Program-made: the position numbers and the translations under genes
Notes under the pieces: model-generated
What the model saw: only the letters and a program-made list of their open reading frames with translations
What the model was told of the DNA's origin: nothing
The model's database searches: none
Assembly (NCBI RefSeq): GCF_006345805.1
Contig: NC_043019.1
Span: forward strand, 23,559,360-23,623,359
DNA from: Octopus sinensis
Taxonomy: Eukaryota
Length of the DNA: 64,000 nucleotides
Reading direction: 5' to 3'
In this document: piece by piece, positions 36,972 to 50,814 of the stretch
Layout of the letters: each line of letters begins with the position of its first letter
Position numbering within the stretch: the first letter of the stretch is position 1

Positions 36972-37320
36972 GCACACACACAACACACACACACGCACGC
37001 ACACACACACACGCGCGCGCGCGCAATAATAGCAACAGTTAATAGTAAAGCCAAACTCAGATTTTAAAAAGGATGTAGCATATGTGTGTGTCTGTGTGCT
37101 TGCGTGTATATATATGCATATATACATGTGTGTGTGTATATGCATATATATGTATATATGCTTATACACTCACACACGCATATATATGTATATCTATCTA
37201 CCCATCTATATATGTATATATATATGTGTGTATATATATATGTGTGTGTGTATATATATATATATACATACACACACACACACATACATATGTATTGCTA
37301 TCTATCTATCTATATATGTA

Positions 37321-37374
<54 letters not shown>

Positions 37375-37403
37375 CGTATATATATATATATATACATATA
37401 TAC

Positions 37404-37455
<52 letters not shown>

Positions 37456-37557
37456 TATAATATAATATATATATATATATAGATATATATAACATACTTA
37501 TATATATATATACACATGTATGCATGTATATATATATATACATATATATATGCATGC

Positions 37558-37609
<52 letters not shown>

Positions 37610-37937
37610 GGATAGAGGTACACCCTTCCCACACGCACACATATGCAGACCTACCCACGTTCACACCAGACATGTCGACAGGATGTCAGTCATGTGTCCT
37701 CGCTGAATAATTATTTGCAAATAAACCAGCAAAAAAACCATTGCTCTAAGGTTTATAACTTAAATTCCATTAAGGAATTTATTATCCACCTTTCCGGTGT
37801 CGAACACTCCTTTCCTCACGCCCTCCTGTGTGTGAGTGCATGTGCACGCGTGTGTATCCCTTTCTTTCTCTCTATCTCTCTCTCTTTAGAGGAACAGAGA
37901 AAGAGCGAGAGAGAGAGATAGATAGATAGAGAGAGAG

Positions 37938-37982
<45 letters not shown>

Positions 37983-38119
37983 GAAAGAAGGAGAGAAAGA
38001 GAGAGAGAGAAAGAAGGAGAGTAAGAGAGAAAGCGACAAACAGGCAGACAGACAGGTAGGCAGACAGGCAGATAGACAGAGACAAACAGACAGACAGACA
38101 TACAAACAGACAGATAGAT

Positions 38120-38205
<86 letters not shown>
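36880..38205. repeat. Cluster of (CA)n, (TA)n, (GA)n and (GATA)n microsatellites
   Basis: Directly visible. Confidence 0.9.
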
Positions 38206-38207
<2 letters not shown>

Positions 38208-39280
38208 CTGTCTATGCGGTGAAATGAGGGAAGGTTGCGGTCATGGTGACGTTATGCGAGCTGGAAATGGCACAATTTATCGGTCTATGAAGGAAAATCC
38301 GAATATTGATGCAGAGCCGTGGGAGTCGAAGAAATTTCTAGAAGAGGAGGTAAGTTTTAATGCGATTGGGGTGAAAAATGTCGGAAAGTGTAAATACGAG
38401 CAACAGAAGTGTCGGAGACGGAAGACGTGAATTACAAAATGGAGTTCAAAGGGTTAATATAAGAAATAAAGATAGCGAATTACTTTTTGGTGTGTAGCGT
38501 TGCACTAATATAGGGGGTCAATATAATAGCCATACAATTCTGGGGTATCTTGGGTGAATTAAGAAAAAAATCTGGGCCTCGATATAACCTATGAAGGGAT
38601 CCATTTTGTTAGCCAAAATTTTATTTCTGGGTTGCTTATGGAACTCAAGGAGAAGGGAGAAGCAATCCAGAAGTAAAAAATGAGCATTCTGTACCAGTGT
38701 AAAGATTTCAAGTTACCCCCACCCACTTCAAGCTACCTCTCGGTAATCTGAAACCGCTTTCAAATTGCCCCTGCGCTGTTCACATTACCCCCTTAATGAT
38801 TTTGTTAAAATAATAAATTCTAAAACTTACAACTCCTGACATTTTTATGACATTAAACACGGATTACATTCAAGATTGTAAACTAATCCTAAAATATGAA
38901 AATAAGACAAAATTATTAGATTTTTTTAAAACACTTTGATGATACACTAAAAAAAAAAAACATGTCGGATATTAGAGATCCTGTGTTTGCAATTTTTTAA
39001 AAATAAAAACATTTTTTTCTTTGTTAACGAGAAAGTAGTTTGGATAAAAGTACATTTTTTTTGTAGATCTGTCGCAGATGGATGTTGATAATAGTCGACT
39101 GAATTGAGTTGACAGAATGTAACGATAAATGATTGATTTGAAGAGGGATATTGTTTTATATACAAACCAAAATTTATTTATACACTTTAAGTTGGTAACG
39201 AAATGTTTTTATATAAATTAAAACATCACTGCAGTTTTTTTTTTTACAGTTTGGAGCTTGGGTATCTTGATTTTCGTAAT

Positions 39281-40520
39281 TTACTTTTTGTTTTTTACTT
39301 GCTCAATATATCGAGTGAGGTTGGTAGCATTTCTTTTCTTTTCTGGAACTTTATTGTTATTTGAAAGTTGATAGGTATTTTTGTCACTAACTTCTGCAAC
39401 AGTGTAAGGACTTGTGTGGTGTTCCGTAAAATGTTCTCCCTTTCTGTCCTCTCGAATTAGGTTTTTGAGCAGAACTTTATTTCTTATACTGAATTGCTGT
39501 TGATCGTGTTTTCTGTCGTATTGTTCTTTTTGAACGGACTGAGCTATTCTAACTCCAGAAATCACACTGTCCCGAATAGCTGTCATAGCATCAATTTTTT
39601 CTGGATATAGATTATTTCCAAAACTGTTCTGATCTTTGGCAGTTGGTTTGTGCTGTAGTTCAACTGTAAGTGCAGCTTGCCTGTTGTATAAAATTTGAAA
39701 CAGGGTAAAATGTGTTGAAGAATGTGTGGCTGTTCGATATGCAAACAGAACTGCTAGTAAGCATTCAACGCAGTTGCCACGGTCCTCAAGGGATTTGATA
39801 ACAGCATCTTTTATAGTGCGATTCTGTTGCTCCACGATGCCATTTGCCTGAGGGTGATAAGCACTTGTTATGTGCAGCTGTGTTCCTGTCAGTTTATGTA
39901 GTTCTGCAGACACTCTATTCACGAATTCTCTTCCCTGGTCATTTATCTGAATTTTTATACAGCCATGCCGACAAAAAGAAACTTTCCCACACTTTCCGCT
40001 GTGTGATCTTTCAAAGGTCGAACCTTTGGCCATTTGGGAAAGTAATCCATTGCAACAACAATGCAACAATAACCATCATCTGTTTCCGGCAGATATCGAC
40101 ACCAATTTGGGCCATCACTTCATTTGGTACAGGAACAGAATGAAGTTCTCCAACATTAATTTTGTGAACAGGGTTCACTTTTTGATACCGATCACAAGAC
40201 AAAACGAATTCTTTTGTGTTTTTGCCCACATTTTCCCTATAAAACCTCTACTAATATGTTAGCCCTTGTTCTGTCGACACCAAAATGATTTCCCAAGCAG
40301 CAGGCAGTATTATTATCTCTACAGCCCATGGGAATACTTGAAATAATACTGTTTTGTTAATCTGAATGGGAGGTAATCTGAAATCGCTATACCGGTGCTG
40401 CGATTGTGATCGACAAATAAGACACTTAGCTGTTGACGATCATAGAATTTTGCTCTAGGCTGGTTCTTGCAAGATGGTGTAACAATCTTCACTGCCGTCT
40501 CATCTGAATGATTCATAATA
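39281..40520 (-). pseudogene. Gypsy-type integrase relic (Ginger/GIN-like transposase or Gypsy pol fragment)
   Basis: Frameshifted EFVLSCDRYQK (zinc-binding remnant), LHSVPVPNEVMAQIGVD, INDQGREFVN, SAYHPQANGIVEQQNRTIK, LFAYRT and SPYTV (GPY-like). No RT or RNase H seen. Confidence 0.85.
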
Positions 40521-41294
40521 ATATTCGTTTCAAATTTTGGTGCAAGGCCAGCAATATTAGGGGAGGGAGTAAGACAATTATGTCGACCCCAGTGTTTCAC
40601 TGGTACTTATTTTATCGACCCCAAAAGGACGAAAGGCAAAGTCAACCTCGGCAGAATTTGAACTCAGAACATAAAGACGGATGAAATGCCGCTGAGCATT
40701 TACTCGGCATGCTTGCGATTCTGCCATCTGGCCGTCTTATGAATCATTATAATATTCAGACCCGGTCTTTAGTGGCGATCCAAAACGATAACATAATTGT
40801 GTGACTAAGCACCACAACAATTACAAGAGAAACAATATTATTGATAGTTATAATCTGTGGGCATGGCACGATCAGTGACATTCTTGGACACTGGTGGGGA
40901 ATGACGAAAATAGCTCAACAAAATTTATAAATAGCATAAAATGTCAACAAGTGGAACGAGAAACAGGACCTTTTCCCTTTTTCTACTCAATCTAGTGTTG
41001 TGTGTGTGTGTGTAGGAGTGTTTGTTTATGAATGTCAGAATGTTTCCCCCAAGCACACGAAGAACACTCAACTAGCAAAACGTCATGACTTACAAATGAA
41101 AAACAATGTCTGGGCCACCGAGTGGGCACTTCCAGTACAATTTAAATCGCTGTTGATTTTGTCGGTGAGTGCATAAGAAAATCGGACATTTCATTCTTAA
41201 TGTCCTGATACATACATACATACAAACATACATACATACATACATACATACATACATACGTATACATACACACACACACGCATATATATATATA

Positions 41295-41549
41295 CTAGCA
41301 GTATCGCCCGTCGTTGCTCAGGTTTGTAAGGGAAATAACTATAAAGCATTTTTAGAGAGTTATAGCCCAAAAATAGCAAAAAAATGGAAAAAAAATTATG
41401 GTAAATTTTTTTGAGAGTTAAAAAGGTGGAGTTGCGTCCCCTAGACGGTCTGTGGTTTGGGTTTCTGATTCTCGACCCCGAGAAAGCCGTGGTCAGAGTG
41501 AGGGTACGAGAAAACAGACACACAGAAAACGCACAGACAAACTGCCGTT

Positions 41550-41560
<11 letters not shown>
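41295..41560 (-). mobile_element. Non-autonomous Helitron, internally deleted
   Basis: Reverse complement of the same 3' end (CTAG at 41295) and of the 5' AAACGGCAGTTTGTCTG seen at 55380. Confidence 0.7.
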
Positions 41561-41589
<29 letters not shown>

Positions 41590-41909
41590 TAATATACATA
41601 CTAATACATACACCAACCCTATACATACACACGTCCAGACCTGTCCTACGCACTAATAGCTGGTCATTCAACCCTATTATCAACCCTATTATCTCCCCTT
41701 ATCTCGCTCTCGCGTCTCATGTTTGATCTTTGACCTCTGGCCGAAATCAGATCGCCATGTTGATTCGTTAGTTACTGCACGCATTTTTTTCTTTCCTTCT
41801 TTCTGTGTTTTTTTTCTCTCTGTGTATCTTTCTGAGCGCCATACTAATACAATTGTTTGTTTGTTTTCCACCTGCCTTCGTCTTTTGTCTATTTTCATAA
41901 AGCTTCCCG

Positions 41910-42257
<348 letters not shown>

Positions 42258-42278
42258 CAAAACGATTACATATATATG

Positions 42279-42506
42279 TGGAGGCGTAATGGCCTAGTGG
42301 TTAGGGCAGCGGACTCGCGGTCGCAGGATCGCGGTTTCGATTCCCACGAGGCTCCCTGCTGTACTCTTTCACCACTCTTTCTCCTACTCTTTCTTCTGTT
42401 GGCCTGCTCGCTTCATTCGAAGGCTAAAAAAAAACAATACGAACGCATTGTGACCAGCGATATGTAACAACATCTGATGGTCTGGTCGGTCATGTGATCA
42501 TGTGAT
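42279..42506 (+). mobile_element. SINE family A head with a third 3' body, (TA)n tail
   Basis: Same head; tail ...GGTCATGTGATCATGTGAT(AT)n, repeated at about 42682-42810. Confidence 0.65.
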
Positions 42507-43249
42507 ATATATATATATATTGGTAAAAACGGTAAGATAACAAAATATTATGTAAATAGAGGAAATTTATCTATAAAATTACTCAATAGTCAATATAAAA
42601 CTCTGAGTTTCAGATGCCGAAGTGGAAATCCACAACACCATCTCTTCGGTTATCTGGCTATATATATATATATATATATATGGCCTGCTCGCTTAGCCAG
42701 CGGGGTGGCGTCATTTGAAGGCTAAAGCAATGCGAAGCGCATTGTGACCAGCGATGTGTAGCAACATCTGATAGCCTGGTTGGTCACGCTGATCACGGTG
42801 ATATATATATAAGGTTAAAATCTAGAGAACCAAGTGTATGAAGTTTGTAACTATGGAAGGTATGGAAAGCAATAAGCGCTATGAATTTATTGGCGTTGAA
42901 GTTTACACACTTTTTACCATATCGAAGTTACGAGGAAATTCGACAGACTGAAAGTTTCTGAATAGCTTACGGTTAGAAACTAGGGTTGTTGCGACGAATG
43001 CAAATAAAAATTCAAATTGAGGGAGTAAAACGGGTAAAATCCAAGCTACATATGTTTCTCAGCTAGCTGATCCTCTGATGTAATAATTACTCAAAGAAGG
43101 GTACTCAACGTAGCTAATTATCAGGCCTTAATTATATGAAGTTTACATTGTCGCTTGGAATTTCCAAGTTAATTCACATAGATGTGAGTTGAAATGAATG
43201 ACGAAGCCGTAAGAGCAGAATAAAAGAATGTTTCAATAAAACGGTCAAG

Positions 43250-43659
43250 GGATCTTTTCGGTTTGAACGGCAGTTTTTTCTAGCGGTGTCATATGAAATT
43301 ATCACCCATAATTATAACCCTAGAATCAATCTATTGCATTTCAATCTCTTTTAGGGTTAGGGGTGGTGGAAGGGTATCTTTTTTTCTTCACAAATGTAAA
43401 TAAACCCAATCTGTTTCTTAAACGAGGGACATATTCATACGGCACAGAATGTTGTTTACCTCAATAGGCGTCAGTGATTGGTTGAAATTGCAGAAACTGA
43501 AGAAAAAAAACAACAAATATCTTACAAACTATAGAATTTTCTCAATAAAGCCAAGAGAAAAAGATGTTTTATAAACACATTCTACCAGTAGACGAAGTTT
43601 AAAAGTGTTTAGTTATGTGGAAATTATGTTAAAAACTGCCGTTCAAACCGAAAAGATCC
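43250..43659. mobile_element. Second copy of the GGATCTTTTCGG MITE
   Basis: Same TIRs and body as 16785-17191; TSD CGGTCAAG at 43242-43249 and 43660-43667. Confidence 0.88.
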
Positions 43660-44747
43660 CGGTCAAGAGTAAGAAAGGGAGAGATAAGGTCAAATATATG
43701 GGAGTTGGAGTTGTATAGGGTTGATAGGAATGAAGAAAAGGAGAAGGAGAGATTGGAAGAGATAGTTGCTGTCGTTAAGGGGAAGGAATGGTTGTCATAG
43801 ATATTTAAGTGGGATGGGTAAAGACAGAGACTAGCTGAATTCGTGGTATTGATTTTTAAGTGGAGAATTGGCGGTGGGGCTGCTGACCGTTGGTCTACGT
43901 CGTGTGATGCATACACAACTGCACACCCACGCAAATACAGGTACACACACACTTCATACCTGTAGAATCAACATAAGTATTGTAAATACCTATTTCTTTA
44001 CTACCCACAAGGGGCTAAACACAGAGAGGACAAACAAGGACAGACAAACGGATTAAGTCGATTATATCAACCCCAGCGCGTAACTAGTACTTATTTAATC
44101 GACCCCGAAAGGATGAAAGGCAAAGTCGACCTCGGCGGAAGAAAATTGTGGCGAAAGAGTCAGCAGAAGTTCGCCATTACCTTCTGCTAGAGCCGCGTGG
44201 AGCTTAGGTGTTTCGCTCATAAACACACACATCACCCAGTCTGAGATTTGAACCCGCGATCCCTCGACCGCGAATTCGCTGCTCTAACCACCGTGTGGAC
44301 GTACGCACACGCACGCGTACACACGCACGCATGCGCGCACACGCACACATGCGCGCACACGCACACATGCGCGCACACGCACACATGCGCGCACACGCAC
44401 ACATGCGCGCACACGCACACATGCGCACACACACACACATGCGCGCACACGCACACACGCAAACGCACGCTTACATGCCATGACTGAGCGCGTGTCTACA
44501 GTGTGTAGACAGCCCCTTGTATGTAAGAATATACACAACTATGTGAGCTTTGTGGTTTTCATCATTGTTTACAATTATTCTTTAAAAAAAGCTGTTTTAA
44601 TGTATCATATAGATGTAATTTTTGACGCTGAATCCGAATTTGTTCTTCATTTATTCCAGAAAAACGTTGCAAAAAGGTTACAGTATTCAAAGTTGATGAT
44701 TTTCAGAATTTTCAGCCAATCATAAAACACAGCGTAAACTGCTTCTT

Positions 44748-44805
<58 letters not shown>

Positions 44806-44849
44806 TACCTTCTCACGCATTTTTTTCTCTCCTCGTTTTTTTCTGTGTA

Positions 44850-44887
44850 TCTTTCTGTCGAAGAGCGTAGGCTCGAAACGTAAAAGA
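44850..44887 (+). ncRNA. Putative minimal type I hammerhead-like motif, CUGUCGA core (copy B)
   Basis: TCTTT-CTGTCGA-A-GAGC-gtag-GCTC-GAAA-CG-TA-AAAGA; stems I and II fully paired. Confidence 0.5.
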
Positions 44888-45012
44888 CTTGTTCTATTCT
44901 ATTCCTGAGCGCATACTAATACATTGCTTGTTTGTACTCACCTGCCTTCGTCTTTTGTTTATCTTCGTAAACCTTGCCCGTTATTATATAATATATATAT
45001 ATATAATATATA

Positions 45013-45063
<51 letters not shown>

Positions 45064-45092
45064 TATATATGTACACATACATATATACATAC

Positions 45093-45164
<72 letters not shown>

Positions 45165-45207
45165 CCTCCTACACGCATTTTTTTCTCTCCTCGTTTTTTT
45201 CTGTGTA

Positions 45208-45245
45208 TCTTTCTGTCGAAGAGCGTAGGCTTGAAACGTAAAAGA
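45208..45245 (+). ncRNA. Putative minimal type I hammerhead-like motif, CUGUCGA core (copy C)
   Basis: As copy B, with stem II GAGC/GCTT (G-U closing pair). Confidence 0.45.
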
Positions 45246-45342
45246 CTTGTTCTATTTCTATTCCTGAGCGCCATAATAATACATTTGCTTGTTTGTACTC
45301 CACCTGCCTTCGTCTTTTGTTTATTTTCGTAAACCTTCCCGT

Positions 45343-45425
<83 letters not shown>

Positions 45426-45444
45426 ATATACATATATACATACG

Positions 45445-45489
<45 letters not shown>

Positions 45490-46667
45490 CATATGTATGT
45501 GTATGTATACACACACACTATGTACATCAAACATGCAGCACACACACACATACGCACACAAAATCAAATATGGTGGTGGAGTGACAATAGCGGTAGAATG
45601 TCGTGTAGTATTTTATTTCGCTCCTCCCTAGATTCTAAGATCAAATCTCACCGTTGGTCGACTTTGAGGGTCTGTGTATATATCTTTGGTCATGAGCCAA
45701 TATAAGGAATCAATCGCTAAGCTGTCATTAAAAATTGAGCCATAATTTCGGAGCAACAAATACCAACAACAAAAACCGTATGACGTCATGTGGTTTATTT
45801 ACTATGTCAAGCCATCGATTCTGATTTGGTATATAACTTTTTTTATTTAGAGACGATTAAGGGGTGACGTTGCTTAGCTTATCTCTTAATACTTTCTTGA
45901 GTAGGTAGGTATATTGGTGGGTGTGTAAGTCACTTCGATAGCAAAAAAACAAACAAAACAACACACAAAAAAAAAAACTCTAACAAAAATGTAACAACAA
46001 CGAAAATAAAACAGAACTACAAGGTAAAAACAAGCAAAGACACAGTAAACAAAAAAAACAAACAAAAGAGTGCGAAGCGAGGGGGGAGGAGGATGAGGAA
46101 GAGGAGGAGGAAAGAGGAGGTGGTGAGGTAGAGATAAGAACTGGTTGACTGTTGAATTAATCTCTTCAGAAAACAGAATTAAGTCTGTGCATTGTATTGT
46201 AGGAAGGATTAACCGTTAGATTAAACTAGTTTAGAGATATGTGTAACAATAGAGCAGAGAAGACGGGCGAGCGAGAAGTCCAACGGTTCGATATCTCCCA
46301 CCGGCATTTCAACGCAGAGTAGAAATAACTGTACTGAAGGTGGTGGTGGTGGTGCTGGTGGTGGTGGTGCTGGTGGTGGTGGAGATAGTCATTCATGGTA
46401 GCGTGTGTGTATGTGTGTGTGTGTGTGCGTGCGTGTGTGTGTGTGTGTTGTGTGTGTGTGGTGTGAGTGACGATGATGACGTTAGCCGCGATAGTGATAG
46501 TGATAGCGGCGGCGGTGGTGATAGTAATGGTGATAGCAATAATAGTGGCAGTGGCGGTGATAGTGGTGGTGGTGGTGATGGTGGTAGTAGCAGTGATGGT
46601 TATGGTGGTGGTTGTGGTGGTGGAGGTGGTGATAATGATAGTGGTGACAGTGACGTTGGTAATCTAG

Positions 46668-47047
46668 GAAGCACTCCGCCGGTTACGACGATGAGGGTTC
46701 CGGTTGATCCGATCAACGGAACAGCCTGCTCGTGAAATTAACGTGTAAGTGGCTGAGCATTCCACAGACACGTGTACCCTTAACATAGTTCTCGGGGATA
46801 TTCAGCGTGACACAGAGAGTGACAAGGCCGGCCATTTGAAATACAGGTACAACAGAAACAGGAAGTAAAAGTGAGAGAAAGTTGTGGTGAAAGAGTACAG
46901 CAGGGATCACCACCATCCCCTGCCGGAGTTCGTGGAGCTTTAGGTGTTTTCGCTCAATAAACACTCACAATACCCGGTCTGGGAATCGAAACCGCGATCC
47001 TCCGACCGCGAGTCCGCTGCCCTAACCACTGGGCCATTGCGCCTCCA
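46668..47047 (-). mobile_element. SINE family A, full length
   Basis: Reverse complement closely matches 9824-10203. Confidence 0.8.
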
Positions 47048-47065
47048 GACGTTGGTAATAGCGAT

Positions 47066-47297
47066 AAGGCGGCGAGCTGGCAGAAACATTAGCACGTCGG
47101 GCGAAATGCTTACCGGTATTTCGTCTGCCATTACGTTCTGAGTTCAAATTCCGCCGAGGTCGACTTTGCCTTTCATCCTTCAGGGTCGATAAATTAAGTA
47201 CCAGTTACGCACTGGGGTCGATACAATCAACTTAATCCGTTTGTCCGCCCTTGTTTGTCCTCTCTGTGTTTAGCCCCTTGTGGATAGTAAAGAAATA
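47066..47297 (+). mobile_element. SINE family B
   Basis: 12-bp TSD GGTAATAGCGAT at 47054-47065 and 47298-47309. Confidence 0.85.
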
Positions 47298-47568
47298 GGT
47301 AATAGCGATGATAGTGATGGCAGTGGTGCTGGTGCTGGTAGAGTTCTCGATAAGCGGACAATTCTGTTCCAGTTCTGTTACTTATATCCCTAACACTTCC
47401 AATTAAAATGGCTGAGGGGGAGGGCACTCAATACAGCCATGCCCTCCCCACCTCACCGACAACATTTTTATTTCTAAATCTCTGTGCGTTTTATACTTTC
47501 TCAGCTTCCCCTAGAGTAATGTTTCACTCAGAACACTGAGAAATAAATCGATAAAGAGATTAATGACT

Positions 47569-47736
47569 AGGAGTGGCTGTGTGGTAAGTAGCTTGCTTCC
47601 CAACCACATGGTCCCGGGTTCAGTCCCACTGCGTGGCACCTTGGGCAAGTGTCTTCTGCTAAAGCCTCGAACCAACCAAAGCATTGTGAGTGGATTTGGT
47701 AGATGGAAATTGAAAGAAGCTCGTTGTGTGTATGTG

Positions 47737-47783
<47 letters not shown>

Positions 47784-48001
47784 TGTATGTGTGTGTTTTT
47801 GTGTCTGCGTTTGTCCCCCACCATCACGTGACAGCCGATGTTGGTGTGTTTATGTCCCCGAAACTTAGTGACTCGGCAAAAGGTACCCATACAATAAGTA
47901 TTAGGCTTACAAAGAATAAGTCTTCGGGTCGATTTCTTCGACTAAAGGTAGTACTCCAGCATGGACGCAGTCAAATGACTGAAACGTGTAAAAGAGTAAA
48001 A

Positions 48002-48005
<4 letters not shown>
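47569..48005 (+). mobile_element. SINE family C
   Basis: Forward-orientation copy with expanded internal (TA)n. Confidence 0.8.
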
Positions 48006-48073
<68 letters not shown>

Positions 48074-48629
48074 TTATTTTAGGCCTGGATATACACTTGG
48101 TAGTATGCCGATTAAAGCACGTTCACTGATTGCGGCTACCTGATGTCATCAACAGTATGGATATATATGCCAGTGGATTTACTTCAGGAACGCCCCCGTG
48201 TCCATCGAGTATATAAGAAATGAGAAAAAGAGAAAATGGAATTCACGAGATTCTTTATTAATCACAACAATCGTTTCGACCTATGTTGCATCGGCCCCTC
48301 GCGGTGGAGATTCTGGACAAATGGTCGGAATGACCAAACCATGAAACCCTGTATGCAGCCAACTATAGATAAATAACGAAATGCATTATAATCGAACCAA
48401 GCGAAACCGAATTAATTGAACGAAGTTCCTTTGGAAAAGTCACCTGACGAAATACATCTGCACCGAAGGATGCAACACAACCAGTCGTCCAGGATATCAC
48501 TCGCAGGAGAACAATACTAGATGAGTCGAAACGATCGTTTGTCATATTAAAAAAATGTGTAATAAAGTTATGGAAACAATGGGTATGGCTCTATTATTTT
48601 AATTAAAAAATAATATTAACATAGCACCT

Positions 48630-49125
48630 ACCTACCTACATACATACATACATACATACATACTACATACATACATTAATTCATACATACGTACATACAT
48701 GCATACATACATACGTATATACATACATACATAATACATACATACATACATTAATTCATACATGCATACATACATGCATACATACATACATACATACATA
48801 CATACATACATACATACACATGCATACATACATACATACATACATACACATACATACATACATACATACATACATCCATACATACATTAATTCATACATA
48901 CATGCATGCATGCATACATACATACATTAATTCATACATACATGGATGCATACATACATACATGGATGCATACATACATACATTAATTCATACATACATG
49001 CATGCATACATACATACATACATTAATTCATACATACATGGATGCATACATACATACATACATGCATGCATACATACATACATACATAGATTAATTCATA
49101 CATACATACATACATACATACATAC
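48630..49125. repeat. (CATA)n microsatellite with recurring CATTAATT/CATGGATG variant units
   Basis: Directly visible. Confidence 0.9.
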
Positions 49126-49291
49126 TTCCAATGAAGGAACCTTGGAACCAGGTTAGAAACGGGTTTTTTCTCTATTAGCAAGAAATCTTGAAATAAACTG
49201 AATAATACTTTCCTTCACAGCTTTGCTACCAAGTCGGTGGCCGGTCAAAATTTACTCTAAATTAAAAAGAGAAAGAGAAAGAGAACACACA

Positions 49292-49362
<71 letters not shown>

Positions 49363-50104
49363 GTAGTAATGCGAAGCAATGATGGGAAATAGTCATACTC
49401 CAGGTCAGTTCCTAAATGTGTTGCGTGCCCTTTTCTGTCTTTTGTCCACACAGTCGCGCGCGCGCGCGCATGTATGAGGGGCTTCCACACAGTTTTCGTC
49501 ATTCAAATTCACCCACGAGGTTATAGTAGAAGACACTTGCTGAAGGTACTGCGCAGTAGGGCTAAACCCCAAACCATGTCGTTGTGAAATGAACTTCTTA
49601 TCTTCACAGCCACGCCTGTATCCCATTACGAAGTATTGTTGTAAGACGTTTAATCCGGCTTCATATTTTTTTTTCTTCTTTTATTTCAACTTTTCTTCAT
49701 GTCTTAGAAATATCATACAAGTTTAATGTTGTCAGTGACCGAGGTTTAACATCATCGGTGGCCTGAATCAATTGTTGTACATACACAGCAGATATTTTAT
49801 AGCCTTTGGACGGGCCCAAAGTAGATAATAATAGAATTTGATCGCCATGTTCTGAGTGAAATACTGTGTAAAGTATTCAGTACACCACCACAGTGACTGC
49901 TGGCTCGCTCCGAGACCACCACCACCACCACCACCACCACCACACCACCACCACCACACAACAACAACAACAACAACAACAACAAGATTGTATTAAAGAA
50001 AAGTGGAAAGATAGCATATACTGCACAACGCTTGACTAATTTTGAAACTACGACGTAAATATTTCAACAGAAATTAAACACACCCACCCACATACACACA
50101 CGTG

Positions 50105-50172
<68 letters not shown>

Positions 50173-50814
50173 CATATGTATTTGTATTATGTGCATCTAT
50201 ATTCGTGCGTGGGTATGCATGTGTGTATGTGCACATGTCTTTATTCAAAACCAATCCTTTTGTGTTGTTTTGTATGGTTTCATTGCTTTATATACGTATC
50301 TGTGTCTTTCCCCAAAAATAGGACATTGATTTCTAACAAACAAACAAAATCTCCACCATTGCAATTTGGAAGACAACAACGAAAATTGTTATATTATTGA
50401 ACTTTTAGAAATCTTGCTTATTTTTACTGTTTCACTTTCGGATTTTTATCTGTAATATTCTCGATGTGTTAGCCATTATTTTCTTTGCTTGAAAATCCTG
50501 AATGTAAATTTAATCAGGTTTAGAAATAGTTTTCCAAACATATACCTCTTCTTGCTGGTTTTGGGATTGATGCTTACATCTTCAGGGTAACTAACTAACC
50601 TCTGTGACTGTACATGACATGATTTTCCGTATCAAATAATTATATGAGGACTGTTATGTGTGCATTGGGCAGTAGTTTTGATGGGAATGTTTCATTAATA
50701 TTCCTTGTACTGATTTGTATGTATCCCATACCAGAGTTGTTATTTATATTTATCCTGATTACGTGAGTACCAGCTGAGACAAGTAAAAAACAACTGAATA
50801 GGAGAAGTGTGTAT

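Larger units (their letters stand above)
44805..45342 (+). repeat. Two tandem ~180-bp hammerhead-like repeat units separated by (TA)n
   Basis: Units 44805-44982 and 45162-45342; single copies at about 31935-32097 and 41778-41912. Confidence 0.85.

Noticed and set aside
46340-46735. Gly/Ser/Asp-rich 131-aa ORF
   Set aside because: It consists of (GGT)n/(GAT)n low-complexity sequence running into a SINE.
48255-48545. GTCGAAACG motifs on both strands as hammerheads
   Set aside because: Cores are degenerate and stem II is absent; at most terminal-repeat remnants.
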